Positions 1-9,320 of a stretch of DNA of 64,000 nt are shown piece after piece; position 1 is the first letter of the stretch; the number at the start of each line of letters is the position of its first letter. The stretch spans positions 128,001 through 192,000 of the forward strand of contig CAWBQK010000001.1 in NCBI GenBank assembly GCA_963791045.1. The letters run 5' to 3'. Made by a program: the position numbers and the translations under genes. The notes beneath the pieces are model-generated. The model did not search any database. It was not told where the DNA came from and saw only the letters and a program-made list of their open reading frames with translations. The DNA is from Candidatus Latescibacterota bacterium (GTDB lineage Bacteria; Krumholzibacteriota; Krumholzibacteriia; WVZY01).

Positions 1-804
1 AGTAATTGCGGGATAGTGCATCCGGACGGCCAGGGAGAGCAAGGACCAGGCGGCGGCGCGTTCGGCGCGACACAGCGCGAGTTCGCCGCGTTGGCCGCAC
101 CTCGCGAAAAAAGTCCGGACACTACGGGAATCGCCGGACACACCGAAAAGCGCTTGCTCATCCAGTTCCTTGCAAATGAGGCGTTCATGACGAAACTGAA
201 CGAAGTCAAGGCACTCCTCTCGAACAAGATACCGGGCGGCACCTTCGAAGAGGTCTTTGAAGTTCTAATGAATGAGTTTATCGACCGTCACAGCCCGGAG
301 AAGCGCACACAACGACGCGAAAAACGTCAGGCGAAGAAGGTGGAAAAAAAGCAACAGAAGCGCGACACAGAGAAAAGTAACAAAAAGAACGTGGGTGGCG
401 TTGACACCGACGATAACAAACGATCACGTCATATTCCGGTAAAAACACGAGACGCGGTATTCAAACGAGACGATGGAAGGTGCACGTACGTCGGAAGAAA
501 TGGCAAGCGCTGCGGCTCAACACACGGCCTTCAAATCGATCACATCAAGCCGTTTGCGAAGGGCGGGTCGAACACGCTTTCAAACCTTCGCTTGTTATGC
601 GGAAGGCACAACCGGCATGAGGCAAAAAGAATACTTGGAGCGAATGCAATGAATCAATACAACAGGAGAGAGGTAACCGGTAACCGGCAACCTGCTAGTC
701 CTGCTGAGGCCCAGAGAATCTCCATCTGCCAAACTCGAAGATCCGATCGATCGCGAGTGCTGCGAACATCACGATCACAGGCTCGATGGGGATCCGCATC
801 CTGA
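1..804 (+). CDS. HNH endonuclease domain protein (5' truncated by the window edge; true 3' end probably ~676)
   Basis: Frame is open from base 1. C-terminal RDxGRC-x9-C, QIDHIKP and NLRLLCGRHN motifs are McrA/HNH type. Removing one G at ~672 gives ...YNRRE-stop and removes a 110-bp overlap with the convergent gene. Confidence 0.85.
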   Translation, partial: SNCGIVHPDGQGEQGPGGGAFGATQREFAALAAPREKSPDTTGIAGHTEKRLLIQFLANEAFMTKLNEVKALLSNKIPGGTFEEVFEVLMNEFIDRHSPEKRTQRREKRQAKKVEKKQQKRDTEKSNKKNVGGVDTDDNKRSRHIPVKTRDAVFKRDDGRCTYVGRNGKRCGSTHGLQIDHIKPFAKGGSNTLSNLRLLCGRHNRHEAKRILGANAMNQYNRREVTGNRQPASPAEAQRISICQTRRSDRSRVLRTSRSQARWGSAS

Positions 805-2035
805 GCGATCCGTGGAAGACAAGCGAGACGAAGGTGTGCATGACGATGAGCCCGGCGAGAAATACCCACCAGCGGCGGCGCGTGAACGACAAGGCAAAAC
901 CGACAACAAACAGCGGGATGACAAAAACCGCGTAGACAAACCCCACATCGAGCGTACTCGCGATTTTGCCCAGCACGCTTTGGTTGTTCCACCACCACCC
1001 GCTCTTGACACCACTCAAACCCACATCGCTTTTGAACCGCCAGAAACGGGCGAACTTTCGCCACACGAGAAGAGGAATGTCACCCGGATTCTCGCGGAGG
1101 AATTTCTTACCCAGGACGCGGGCCTTCTCGTCTTTGGGGATCTCCGTCAGGGTCTTCAAGTCGTCGTACCCGGGGAGCATGTAAAGCGGCGCGACACCCC
1201 CGTGATACTGCGGGTACTCGAGAACGGCGGCGTTGTTTCCCTGGTAGAAAGTGATCCCTCCGTGCGACGTAAAAAACATCGTCTTATCGAAGGCGATGTG
1301 GTTGCGGATCGCCCACGGCACGAGCATGAGAAAAACAACACCGACGAGCACTCCGCCGAGGAGGACGCGTTTGCCGAGCTTGCTCGCCCCCAACAAAATC
1401 ATCCAGCCAACGATCCACAGCGCCACAAAAAGCGCCGTCGGGCGGGCGAGACACCCAAGCCCAAGGAGCACCCCCATAAGGGCGGCCCGCCGCCACGACC
1501 CTACAAGATGTGGCTCCTTTGGCGCGACGAGGAGCACGCCGAGGAGCAGAATCATATAAAGGTTCTCTGTTAAGAGATACGCGCTAATGAATATCAAAAA
1601 AGGATTTACGGCGGCGAGTGCGCCCGCAATCCACGCAGCCCTCGTGGAGAAGAATCGACGTGTGGCGAAGAATACGAGCGGTACGATCAGGGTCCCAAGG
1701 AGAACCTGGACGAACCGCGCGAGTGCGGTATTGGTCCCAAAGACACTGTAGAGCCCGGCGAGGACCAGCGAAAAGAGTGGGGGCCGTCGCGCCGTAAGCT
1801 CGTTGTTCTCGAGACGGTAGCCGTTGCCCTCGATGACGTTGACGGCAAGGTAGTGGTAATCCACCTCGTCCCCCGTGGGCGGGCGGTCCCACCCCACGAC
1901 GAACCCGCAGAACACAAGCCGCGCGGCAAGCGCGACGAGAACAAGAAGAAGCAAAAATATTTTTGAATTCGTGCTCAGTACGGACTCCCTCTCTGAACCA
2001 TGTACACACAATGTGAGGTTAAGTCTATCAGGCAA
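695..2035 (-). CDS. Glycosyltransferase family 39 / ArnT-like polytopic membrane protein (start uncertain, possibly ~1980)
   Basis: GDEVDY N-terminal acidic loop, RPPLF, LTENLY and ARP motifs, many transmembrane segments. Confidence 0.8.
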   Translation of the reverse strand: MPDRLNLTLCVHGSERESVLSTNSKIFLLLLVLVALAARLVFCGFVVGWDRPPTGDEVDYHYLAVNVIEGNGYRLENNELTARRPPLFSLVLAGLYSVFGTNTALARFVQVLLGTLIVPLVFFATRRFFSTRAAWIAGALAAVNPFLIFISAYLLTENLYMILLLGVLLVAPKEPHLVGSWRRAALMGVLLGLGCLARPTALFVALWIVGWMILLGASKLGKRVLLGGVLVGVVFLMLVPWAIRNHIAFDKTMFFTSHGGITFYQGNNAAVLEYPQYHGGVAPLYMLPGYDDLKTLTEIPKDEKARVLGKKFLRENPGDIPLLVWRKFARFWRFKSDVGLSGVKSGWWWNNQSVLGKIASTLDVGFVYAVFVIPLFVVGFALSFTRRRWWVFLAGLIVMHTFVSLVFHGSLRMRIPIEPVIVMFAALAIDRIFEFGRWRFSGPQQD

Positions 2036-2169
2036 GGGGGATGCCGATAAACTCCAATTTTACGGGAAAACTTCGCCGGCACGGCAATTTCCCTTCCGCA
2101 GGTCTCACTGCCGGTCTATTATTCTGCGGAGAGGCCCCTGACGACAACCTGAAAAGGAATCTGCCAACG

Positions 2170-2778
2170 ATGCCGCGCGATATCAAAACCGCATTTCTTC
2201 ACGCAGTGAGAGGACTGACCATCCTCGCTTTGTTCGCGACAGTCCTGGGCGGTTGCTCGTTGTGGTCATCGGACTCCAAGCCTGACGAACAAAAAACAGA
2301 CGCATTGACTGCCACCTCTCCAACCCCAACCAACCAATTGATCGAGAACCAAATTCTTGAACTCAAAACCCTCACCCGAGGACCCGTCATCGAACGAACC
2401 GGCGATGAGATCAAAGTTATATGGGAGAGCGAAGCGCTTTTTGATTTTGATTCGGCGATGCTGATGAAGGACGTCACCGGAACGATCGACGAGTTGAGCA
2501 AGATCCTCAACCGATACCCCGACACCCAAGTCGTCATCACCGGACACACCGACAACGAGGGATCGGAAGACTTCAACCTCAAACTCTCGAAACGGCGCGC
2601 CGTGTCGCTAAAGGACTATCTGGTCGAAGTGGGCGTTGCCCCATCGCGGCTGGAAGCATTCGGACTCGGAGCGCGCCGTCCCATCGCCCCAAATGACACC
2701 GACGAAGGCCGCCGTTACAACCGCAGGGTCGAGATTATCATCCGACCGAACCCACCTCCCGCCGCGGACGACAACTAA
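2170..2778 (+). CDS. OmpA/MotB C-terminal domain lipoprotein
   Basis: Lipobox LGGC; LFDFDSA, GHTD, NLKLSKRRA and NRRVEI motifs; AGGA upstream of ATG 2170. Confidence 0.9.
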   Translation: MPRDIKTAFLHAVRGLTILALFATVLGGCSLWSSDSKPDEQKTDALTATSPTPTNQLIENQILELKTLTRGPVIERTGDEIKVIWESEALFDFDSAMLMKDVTGTIDELSKILNRYPDTQVVITGHTDNEGSEDFNLKLSKRRAVSLKDYLVEVGVAPSRLEAFGLGARRPIAPNDTDEGRRYNRRVEIIIRPNPPPAADDN

Positions 2779-2785
2779 TATGAAC

Positions 2786-2820
2786 AAAAAAACGGGCCCC
2801 CGATGGAGGCCCGTTATTGA
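2786..2820. terminator. Intrinsic terminator, probably bidirectional, between the convergent ompA-like gene and pruA
   Basis: AACGGGCC(2791-2798)/GGCCCGTT(2808-2815) stem with flanking A-tract. Confidence 0.75.
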
Positions 2821-2859
2821 TTTCACCCTTGAGCGGTGACGAACTCGAGAACCGAACGA

Positions 2860-4413
2860 CTAGGAGGGGATCTCGGAGATCAGCTTCGCCTGGGTGAAGA
2901 GCGCCAGGTAGTCGCGGCCGCCCGCCTTGCTGTCCGTCCCCGACATGTTGAACCCGCCGAACGGGTGCACGCCGACGAGGGCGCCGGTGCACTTGCGGTT
3001 ATAATAAAGATTCCCCACGTGGAAAGTGTCGCCCGCTTTCTCGAGATGCTCGCGGCTCGTCGAATACACCGCGCCGGTTAGCCCGTACTCGGTGTTGTTC
3101 GCGATGCGCAGCGCGTCGTCATAGTCCTTAGCCTTGATTATGGCAAGCACCGGTCCGAAGATTTCTTCGAGCGAGATCCGTGCTTCGGGGTCGATATTCT
3201 TGAAGATCGTCGGCTGGATGAAGTAACCGTCGCCGGCGGCGCGCATGCCGCCGAGTACGAGTTCACCTTCGGTCTTGCCCGTCTCGATGTAGTCGAGGAT
3301 CTTCTCGCATGCCGCTTCGTTGACCACGGGACCCATATAGACGTCCTTCGATTCGTACGGCTTGCCCTGCACAATTGTGCTCGCCTCTTTTACAACGGCA
3401 TCGACGAATTTGTCGTAGATGTCCTGGTGAACGATCGCGCGCGAGCATGCCGAACACTTCTGCCCCTGGAAACCGAATGCCGATGTCCACACGGCCTTGA
3501 CCGCCCCGTCGAAGTCACAGTCCTTGTCGACGACGATCGAATCCTTGCCGCCCATCTCGAGAACGGCGCGCTTGATCCAGATCTGGCCTTGCTTCTTGAT
3601 CGCCGCCTGCTCGTTGATGCGAAGACCCACCTCCATCGACCCGGTAAACGCGATAAACCGCGTCTTCGGATGCTGGACGATATAGTCGCCGACATCGGCG
3701 CCGCTGCCCGGCACAAAGTTAACGACACCGGCGGGAAGTCCGACCTCTTCGAGAATCTCCATGAACATCGCGGCGACGACGGGCGCGTCACTCGAGGGCT
3801 TCAAGAGAACGGTGTTCCCCGCGACGAGGGATGCCGTGGTCATGCCGATCATGATCGCGACGGGAAAGTTCCACGGCGGAATCACGGCGCCTGCGCCGAG
3901 CGGAATGTAACGAAGTTCGTTCTTCTCGCTCGGAATTTTTGTCAGCGGTTGTTCGCCGCCGTAACGGATCGCCTCACGCGCGTAGAACTCGAGGAAGTCG
4001 ATCGCTTCCGCAGTATCCCCGTCCGCCTCCGGCCAGCTCTTGCCCACTTCGTAGACCATGCCCGCCGAGAACTCGTGCTTTCTCTCACGCAGCAAAGCGG
4101 CCGCTTTAAAAAGGTACTCGGCCCGTTCTGCGGGCTTGACGAATTTCCATGTTTCGAACGTCTCGTTGGCAACACGGATCGCTTCTTCGGCGTCCTCTTT
4201 CGATGCCTTCGACACCGAGCCGATAACCATTTTGGGATCGGAGGGGTTGGTCGAGACAATACGGTCTTGCGTTTTTTTGCGTTTGCCGCCGATAATCAGA
4301 TCGTATTCATTGCCCAGTCTGGACGCAAACTTGGCGAGTCCCGCTTCGAACGCTTTCGCGTTCTCCGGGTTGCCAAAATCGGTGAAGGGTTCGTTCTTGA
4401 ATTCAGATACCAT
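2860..4413 (-). CDS. pruA: L-glutamate gamma-semialdehyde (P5C) dehydrogenase
   Basis: FKNEPFTDF N-terminus; PPWNFP, FTGS, EMGGKD, GQKCSACSR, EEIFGP, GTDSKAGG motifs; AAGGGAG RBS before ATG 4413. Confidence 0.93.
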   Translation of the reverse strand: MVSEFKNEPFTDFGNPENAKAFEAGLAKFASRLGNEYDLIIGGKRKKTQDRIVSTNPSDPKMVIGSVSKASKEDAEEAIRVANETFETWKFVKPAERAEYLFKAAALLRERKHEFSAGMVYEVGKSWPEADGDTAEAIDFLEFYAREAIRYGGEQPLTKIPSEKNELRYIPLGAGAVIPPWNFPVAIMIGMTTASLVAGNTVLLKPSSDAPVVAAMFMEILEEVGLPAGVVNFVPGSGADVGDYIVQHPKTRFIAFTGSMEVGLRINEQAAIKKQGQIWIKRAVLEMGGKDSIVVDKDCDFDGAVKAVWTSAFGFQGQKCSACSRAIVHQDIYDKFVDAVVKEASTIVQGKPYESKDVYMGPVVNEAACEKILDYIETGKTEGELVLGGMRAAGDGYFIQPTIFKNIDPEARISLEEIFGPVLAIIKAKDYDDALRIANNTEYGLTGAVYSTSREHLEKAGDTFHVGNLYYNRKCTGALVGVHPFGGFNMSGTDSKAGGRDYLALFTQAKLISEIPS

Positions 4414-4510
4414 GTCGTGTCTCCCTTGAGGTAACGGCCAAAGGTAGCGTGGCAACAAAAGTATGGGTTTTGATTAAAAAAATCGTGCCCGTGCCGGGGC
4501 GGTAAAGCCG

Positions 4511-4539
4511 AATATACGCCAAACACAAACGACTGTAAA
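4511..4539 (-). promoter_or_regulatory. Putative sigma70 promoter for pruA
   Basis: TTTACA-N17-TATATT on the minus strand. Confidence 0.5.
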
Positions 4540-4574
4540 CAGCAATCTCAAACGTCAAAGCGAGCGAGTCCCCA

Positions 4575-4988
4575 ATGAAAACCCATGTCATTGAACAAAA
4601 TGTCCGATATGCGGAAACCGACCGTATGCAGGTGGTTCATCATTCCACGTACCTGATCTGGTTCGAGATTGGGCGGACCGGACTGCTCTCTGAAGCGGGG
4701 TTTCCCTACCATGAAATGGAAAGAGACGGAATGATTTATCCGGTCATCGAATACACCTGCCGAATGGTCGGATCGGCGGATTACGGCGATACGGTGAGGA
4801 TCGAAACCCGTGTCGCCGAAGTCAAGAGTCGCGCGGTCACTTTCGAATATACGATCACAAACCGGGGCGCCGTCGTCGCGACGGGAACGACCATGCATAT
4901 ATCGTCCGACTCGAACCGCAAGCCGCGGCGGATGGCCGAGCCGCTCATCCGCGCGCTCAAAGCGTACACAGTGCGCGGCAATCAATAG
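4575..4988 (+). CDS. Acyl-CoA thioesterase, YbgC/4HBT hotdog family
   Basis: VRYAETDRMQVVHHSTYLIWFEIGR motif. Confidence 0.9.
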   Translation: MKTHVIEQNVRYAETDRMQVVHHSTYLIWFEIGRTGLLSEAGFPYHEMERDGMIYPVIEYTCRMVGSADYGDTVRIETRVAEVKSRAVTFEYTITNRGAVVATGTTMHISSDSNRKPRRMAEPLIRALKAYTVRGNQ

Positions 4989-5254
4989 CGAATCTTAAAA
5001 CCGACGAGTCCCTCGTCATCATCTTCCCACTCGAATTCGACACTGTCCACCCGCGCCGCCTGGGGACCCTTGCGAACTAACGCAAGCGCCTTCTCGCAAA
5101 GCTCCCGATCACCTTCGAACACCGCTTCCACACGGCCGTCGGGGAGATTTCTCACCCAGCCACTCAGCCCGAGCGCCTGCGCGGCCTGGCGCGTCGAATC
5201 ACGGAAGAAGACACCCTGGACACGGCCTTCCACCCACACATGAAGATGCGGCAT
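4982..5254 (-). CDS. acyP: Acylphosphatase
   Basis: GRVQGVFFR and GWVRNLPDGRVE signatures; AAGGAGG RBS before ATG 5254. Confidence 0.95.
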   Translation of the reverse strand: MPHLHVWVEGRVQGVFFRDSTRQAAQALGLSGWVRNLPDGRVEAVFEGDRELCEKALALVRKGPQAARVDSVEFEWEDDDEGLVGFKIRY

Positions 5255-5293
5255 GCCGCCATCCTCCTTTGAATTTGAAATCAAAGGGCGCCG

Positions 5294-5710
5294 TCACAGA
5301 TCAAAAATAACGCGGCCTCTGATACGGTCGCCGCTCTCCTCGACGGTCAGCCCGTGATAGGTCGCGGCCTTGACATCAAAACGAAGATCGTGCCGCCCGG
5401 GATCGGTTTTCTCACCCTTGAGAACACCTTCTGCGAACCACTCCCCCACCCGCGTGATCTCAACCGACCGATAAACCTCGCCGTGGGCGCCCCCAAGAGA
5501 GATCACCTCCGAGAGCCAGTCCACGAGAAGGTCCTCCGACGACGACGATTCGACTCTGATCTCCCTGTCGATCACGGGGTCCGGTTCGGCCCGGCGGATC
5601 AGCGAGAAGAGACCGAGCGTGGCGTTCGAGAGCATCTCCGCAAAGTCATCGCCCCACGCGTCGATCCCGATGTCGCCCGAATGATCGATTTCCTCGAAGG
5701 GCTTTTTCAT
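5294..5710 (-). CDS. Archease (SHS2 domain)
   Basis: EEIDHSGDIGI, LLVDWLSE, VKAATYHGL and terminal IFDL motifs. Confidence 0.92.
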   Translation of the reverse strand: MKKPFEEIDHSGDIGIDAWGDDFAEMLSNATLGLFSLIRRAEPDPVIDREIRVESSSSEDLLVDWLSEVISLGGAHGEVYRSVEITRVGEWFAEGVLKGEKTDPGRHDLRFDVKAATYHGLTVEESGDRIRGRVIFDL

Positions 5711-7261
5711 TTATCGGCGCCTTCCAATCCCGATGAGACGTTTCTCAAAATCGGCGAGTTCACGAACGGCGACAAGAGACGCAACATACGCGGCTAGACC
5801 GACGGGAAGACCGATCGCAAGCACGAGCATTAGATGGACCCGATCCACGAGGAGGGTTTTGCAGCCCCACCAGGCGAGCGCACCCCCCATCCCCGCGATC
5901 ACGATCCGCAGCACGGACACCCACGGAATGCGCCATTCGAGATGCGACTTCGCGACAAAATACACCATGAGCGGGTACAGCGCGAAACTCACGAGCGTCG
6001 TCACCGCAGCTCCCTGATATCCGTACGAAGGGACGACGACGAGGTTGAGCCCAATGTTTACAACACAAGTGACGAACACCATGACGAACATCAACCCTGT
6101 TTTCTCGAGGAGTTTTATGCCTTTGTGTCCGTACATCGCGAAATTCCACAGGAGCGATCCGACGAGAATATATGGAATGATCGTGTACCCTTCCCTGAAG
6201 TCCCGTCCCAGGAAAACCGTGACGAGTTCGCGCGCATAGACGATCGCGAAAACCGTCACCGGCACCGCTGCAATCAGGTAGTAGCGGGAGAAAGTCGATA
6301 CGACCATCTGGATTTTTTCACGGTGCCCTTCCTCCCACGCGTTAACAATGAGAGGAAGCGCGGCGGAGAGAAGCGGCGCGGCGACAAAAGAAATACCCAT
6401 GGCGACGAGCGTGTAGTTCGCCGCGTAAATTCCTACCTCCGCCGACGGACGGAAAAGCTCGATGATGAAACGGTCGGATAGATCGAGAACCTTGACCCCG
6501 AGCGCCCACCCGATAACGGGCAGCCCGTACCTGAAAAACTTCTTCAAGAGCGCCGTATCGATAACGGAACCGTGCCCCTTCAAACTTTGAAAAGCCCGAA
6601 GTTCGAACACCATCGGGCCAAGGAGAACGAGATACGCCACACTCGCGCCTATGACTAGGCCCATCACGTCCCTTGATACAAATAAAACAAAGGCCAGGGA
6701 GAATACGAGCCGGCCCACGGCAAAAGCGACCTGATAGCGAGAAAAGACGCTCGATCTCAAGTCGGCGCGGAAGGCGGCATTCTGGACAAAAAAGATCACG
6801 CCGGCGACCATCCACACGACCGCGGGCACATAGTATCTGCCGTACCCCCCAAGAACCGACACCGCGGGGCGGTACAACAAAAGCGCCGCGGCGAAAACAC
6901 CAATACCCATCACCCACAGGATCACGGCCAGTTTGCCGATAAACTCACCCGTGCGGCCCTCCGCGCGGTATCGGGGAAGATATCTCAAAACGGATTGCTG
7001 GATCCAACCGGCGAGGATGCCGGTGCCGATCGCAACCACGGAAGTGACGAGCGCGTACTCACCGTATGGAGCCGGAGCGAAGATACGTGTAAAAATGGAG
7101 ACGCTCAAAAAGCTAAGGAATGCGGGCAAAACCACGGCTGGAATATATCTAATGGTGTCCGACCCGAGACGAGATACGATTGCGTCAAGCATCGCGTCAT
7201 CGGGGAGCGATGACGAATCGTCCGGGGTGGGCGGATCAGGTTCGTTGCGTTTCCCGGCCAT
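5711..7261 (-). CDS. Oligosaccharide/polysaccharide flippase (Wzx/MOP family)
   Basis: FTRIFAPAPYGEY, SDRFII...EVGIY and NIGLNLVVVPSYGYQGAAVTT motifs, ~14 TM. Confidence 0.85.
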   Translation of the reverse strand: MAGKRNEPDPPTPDDSSSLPDDAMLDAIVSRLGSDTIRYIPAVVLPAFLSFLSVSIFTRIFAPAPYGEYALVTSVVAIGTGILAGWIQQSVLRYLPRYRAEGRTGEFIGKLAVILWVMGIGVFAAALLLYRPAVSVLGGYGRYYVPAVVWMVAGVIFFVQNAAFRADLRSSVFSRYQVAFAVGRLVFSLAFVLFVSRDVMGLVIGASVAYLVLLGPMVFELRAFQSLKGHGSVIDTALLKKFFRYGLPVIGWALGVKVLDLSDRFIIELFRPSAEVGIYAANYTLVAMGISFVAAPLLSAALPLIVNAWEEGHREKIQMVVSTFSRYYLIAAVPVTVFAIVYARELVTVFLGRDFREGYTIIPYILVGSLLWNFAMYGHKGIKLLEKTGLMFVMVFVTCVVNIGLNLVVVPSYGYQGAAVTTLVSFALYPLMVYFVAKSHLEWRIPWVSVLRIVIAGMGGALAWWGCKTLLVDRVHLMLVLAIGLPVGLAAYVASLVAVRELADFEKRLIGIGRRR

Positions 7262-7269
7262 GGTGTTTT

Positions 7270-9078
7270 CTATGTGCCGTCCGAGATACGGCGCATCGTG
7301 TTGAGTTTTTCGTAGTAGCTGCGAAGAACGTCACGCCGACGAATCATCCCCAGGAGCTTCGCGCGGTCTTCGCGTTCGACAACGGGGAGTGTGTCAACTT
7401 CGTTCTCCGTAAACTTACGCAAAACTTCGCCAAGGTTTTCATCGAGCGTAACAAACGGGATATCCTCGTTCGCCACCTCTTTCATAATGAGAAGATTGTC
7501 GAGATCCCGTTCGACGAGGATTTCGCGGACGTCATTTATCGAGAAGACGCCCGTCATCTCTCCCTTCTCGTTCACCACGGGAAAGTTTTGCTGATCGACC
7601 TCGGTCATTATCGGGATGAACTCGCGCAGCGTGAGATTTTCTTTTACATACTGAAAATTCGTGTCCGGCTGGAATATCTCGCGAACATAGATTTCTTCGA
7701 GAAGATCTTTTGCGAAATCGCCGTAATGCGCCGGCGAATCGATGCGTGTGGGAACCTGGTTCTCGTAGATACTCCAACGCCGCCCGATGATGAATGCGAT
7801 CGCGCAAACCCACATCGCTGGGACGAGGAGGTTGTAGTTCCCCGTCATTTCGCTCACCATAATGATCGTGGAAATCGGCGCATTGGATGCCGCCGAAAAG
7901 AACCCGGCCATACCGACAATCACAAACGCGCCGGGCTGAGCGACGAGCGCCGGCGTTAACTGATGGAAGATCTTGCCCACGGCGCCGCCAAGGGCGCCGC
8001 CGATCACCATCGACGGACCAAACACACCACCACTTCCACCCGACCCAATAGAGAGGGACGTCGTTACGATTTTGCCCAGCGCTATCATGAGAAGAAGCCC
8101 AATCGCGACCTCGTTGTGGATCGCGTCCTGGATCACACCGTAGCCAAATCCAAGCGTTTGGGGGAGAAAGAACCCCACACACCCCGCAAGGAGACCGCCG
8201 ATGGCCGGCTTGAAGTGGTTGGGAATCTTGAAACGCTTAAACAAGTCGCGAATACCGTAGAAACATTTTACATACAACGGCGACGCCAGGGCCACGACGA
8301 TCGCGAGGACTGTATAGGGCCCCAACTCGAACGGATGCGAAAACGCAAAAGTGCTCCGTTCGAAAAGCGGTTCAAACCCCATGATGAGCCCGAATGTCGA
8401 ATAGGCAACAATCGTTGTGACAAACGCGGGGATAATGACTTCGGTTTCGAACTCGGGTTCCTTGTAAAGAATTTCCGCGGCAAAGAGCGAACCGGCAAGC
8501 GGCGCGCGGAAGATACTCCCGATACCGGCGCCAAGCCCTGCGGCAAGAAGCACACGCCGGTCGCGCGCTGAGAGATTCAGTTTGTCCGCGAGAAACGATC
8601 CGAACCCGGCGCCGATCTGTGCGATCGGCCCTTCGCGGCCTCCCGATCCGCCCGAACCCAACGTTATCGCCGAGGCAATCGCCTTGACGATCGGCACACG
8701 CCCGCGAATTCTCCCGTGCTTGTTGTGGAATGCGTCGATCGCCGCGTCCGTCCCGTGACCCTCCGCCTCCGGCGCGAAGACATAAACGATGACGCCGGCG
8801 AGGAGTCCGCCGAGCGCCGGGATAATTATAAGAAGATAGCGGCGAAATGGTGTGCTGGTGGGCGCGAACAACGGAGGCTCACCATAAGGCTCATCGGGGC
8901 GGAAACCGGCGAGCGCGTCGAGAAGATAGTGCTGTCCGACCTGGCACAAGAAGTAGAACACCACGGCCCCGAGGCCCGCTACCACACCAACGACCACGCC
9001 GAACATCATGTACCGGCCGATCGACCGGACATTGAACACGGCGATAATTCGCAACACAAACCGCTGGAGCTTCGTCAT
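7270..9078 (-). CDS. ClC chloride channel/antiporter with C-terminal CBS pair
   Basis: PEAEGHG, GSGGREGP, FRAPLAG, GGSGGVFGP motifs followed by CBS domains. Confidence 0.93.
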   Translation of the reverse strand: MTKLQRFVLRIIAVFNVRSIGRYMMFGVVVGVVAGLGAVVFYFLCQVGQHYLLDALAGFRPDEPYGEPPLFAPTSTPFRRYLLIIIPALGGLLAGVIVYVFAPEAEGHGTDAAIDAFHNKHGRIRGRVPIVKAIASAITLGSGGSGGREGPIAQIGAGFGSFLADKLNLSARDRRVLLAAGLGAGIGSIFRAPLAGSLFAAEILYKEPEFETEVIIPAFVTTIVAYSTFGLIMGFEPLFERSTFAFSHPFELGPYTVLAIVVALASPLYVKCFYGIRDLFKRFKIPNHFKPAIGGLLAGCVGFFLPQTLGFGYGVIQDAIHNEVAIGLLLMIALGKIVTTSLSIGSGGSGGVFGPSMVIGGALGGAVGKIFHQLTPALVAQPGAFVIVGMAGFFSAASNAPISTIIMVSEMTGNYNLLVPAMWVCAIAFIIGRRWSIYENQVPTRIDSPAHYGDFAKDLLEEIYVREIFQPDTNFQYVKENLTLREFIPIMTEVDQQNFPVVNEKGEMTGVFSINDVREILVERDLDNLLIMKEVANEDIPFVTLDENLGEVLRKFTENEVDTLPVVEREDRAKLLGMIRRRDVLRSYYEKLNTMRRISDGT

Positions 9079-9320
9079 TCGTAAAACCCGCGGACACCCG
9101 ATCCGCCCGAATTGTGGTATGGGAAATTCCCTCTGAAGTCACGCACGAAAGGCGCGCGCGTGACGGCCAAAGGTACGTCTTACGGGGTGCTTTTGCAAGG
9201 TGTTTCAGGGGATCATCATAGGATGTTAGATGGGCCTTTTGTTCGACTTTTCGCCCACCGCCCGTTCACGCATTCGGGCGAAGGAGAACAAAAGGCCCGG
9301 CTGCCATCCTGGCGAAAAAG

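Noticed and set aside
695-804. 110-bp convergent overlap of the HNH and GT39 genes
   Set aside because: Disappears if one G at ~672 is an error, in line with other indels in the window
9079-9320. Fluoride (crcB) riboswitch ahead of the ClC gene
   Set aside because: No crcB consensus seen, and the protein has GREGP/GHGTD rather than the fluoride-type GREGT/GNNLI motifs
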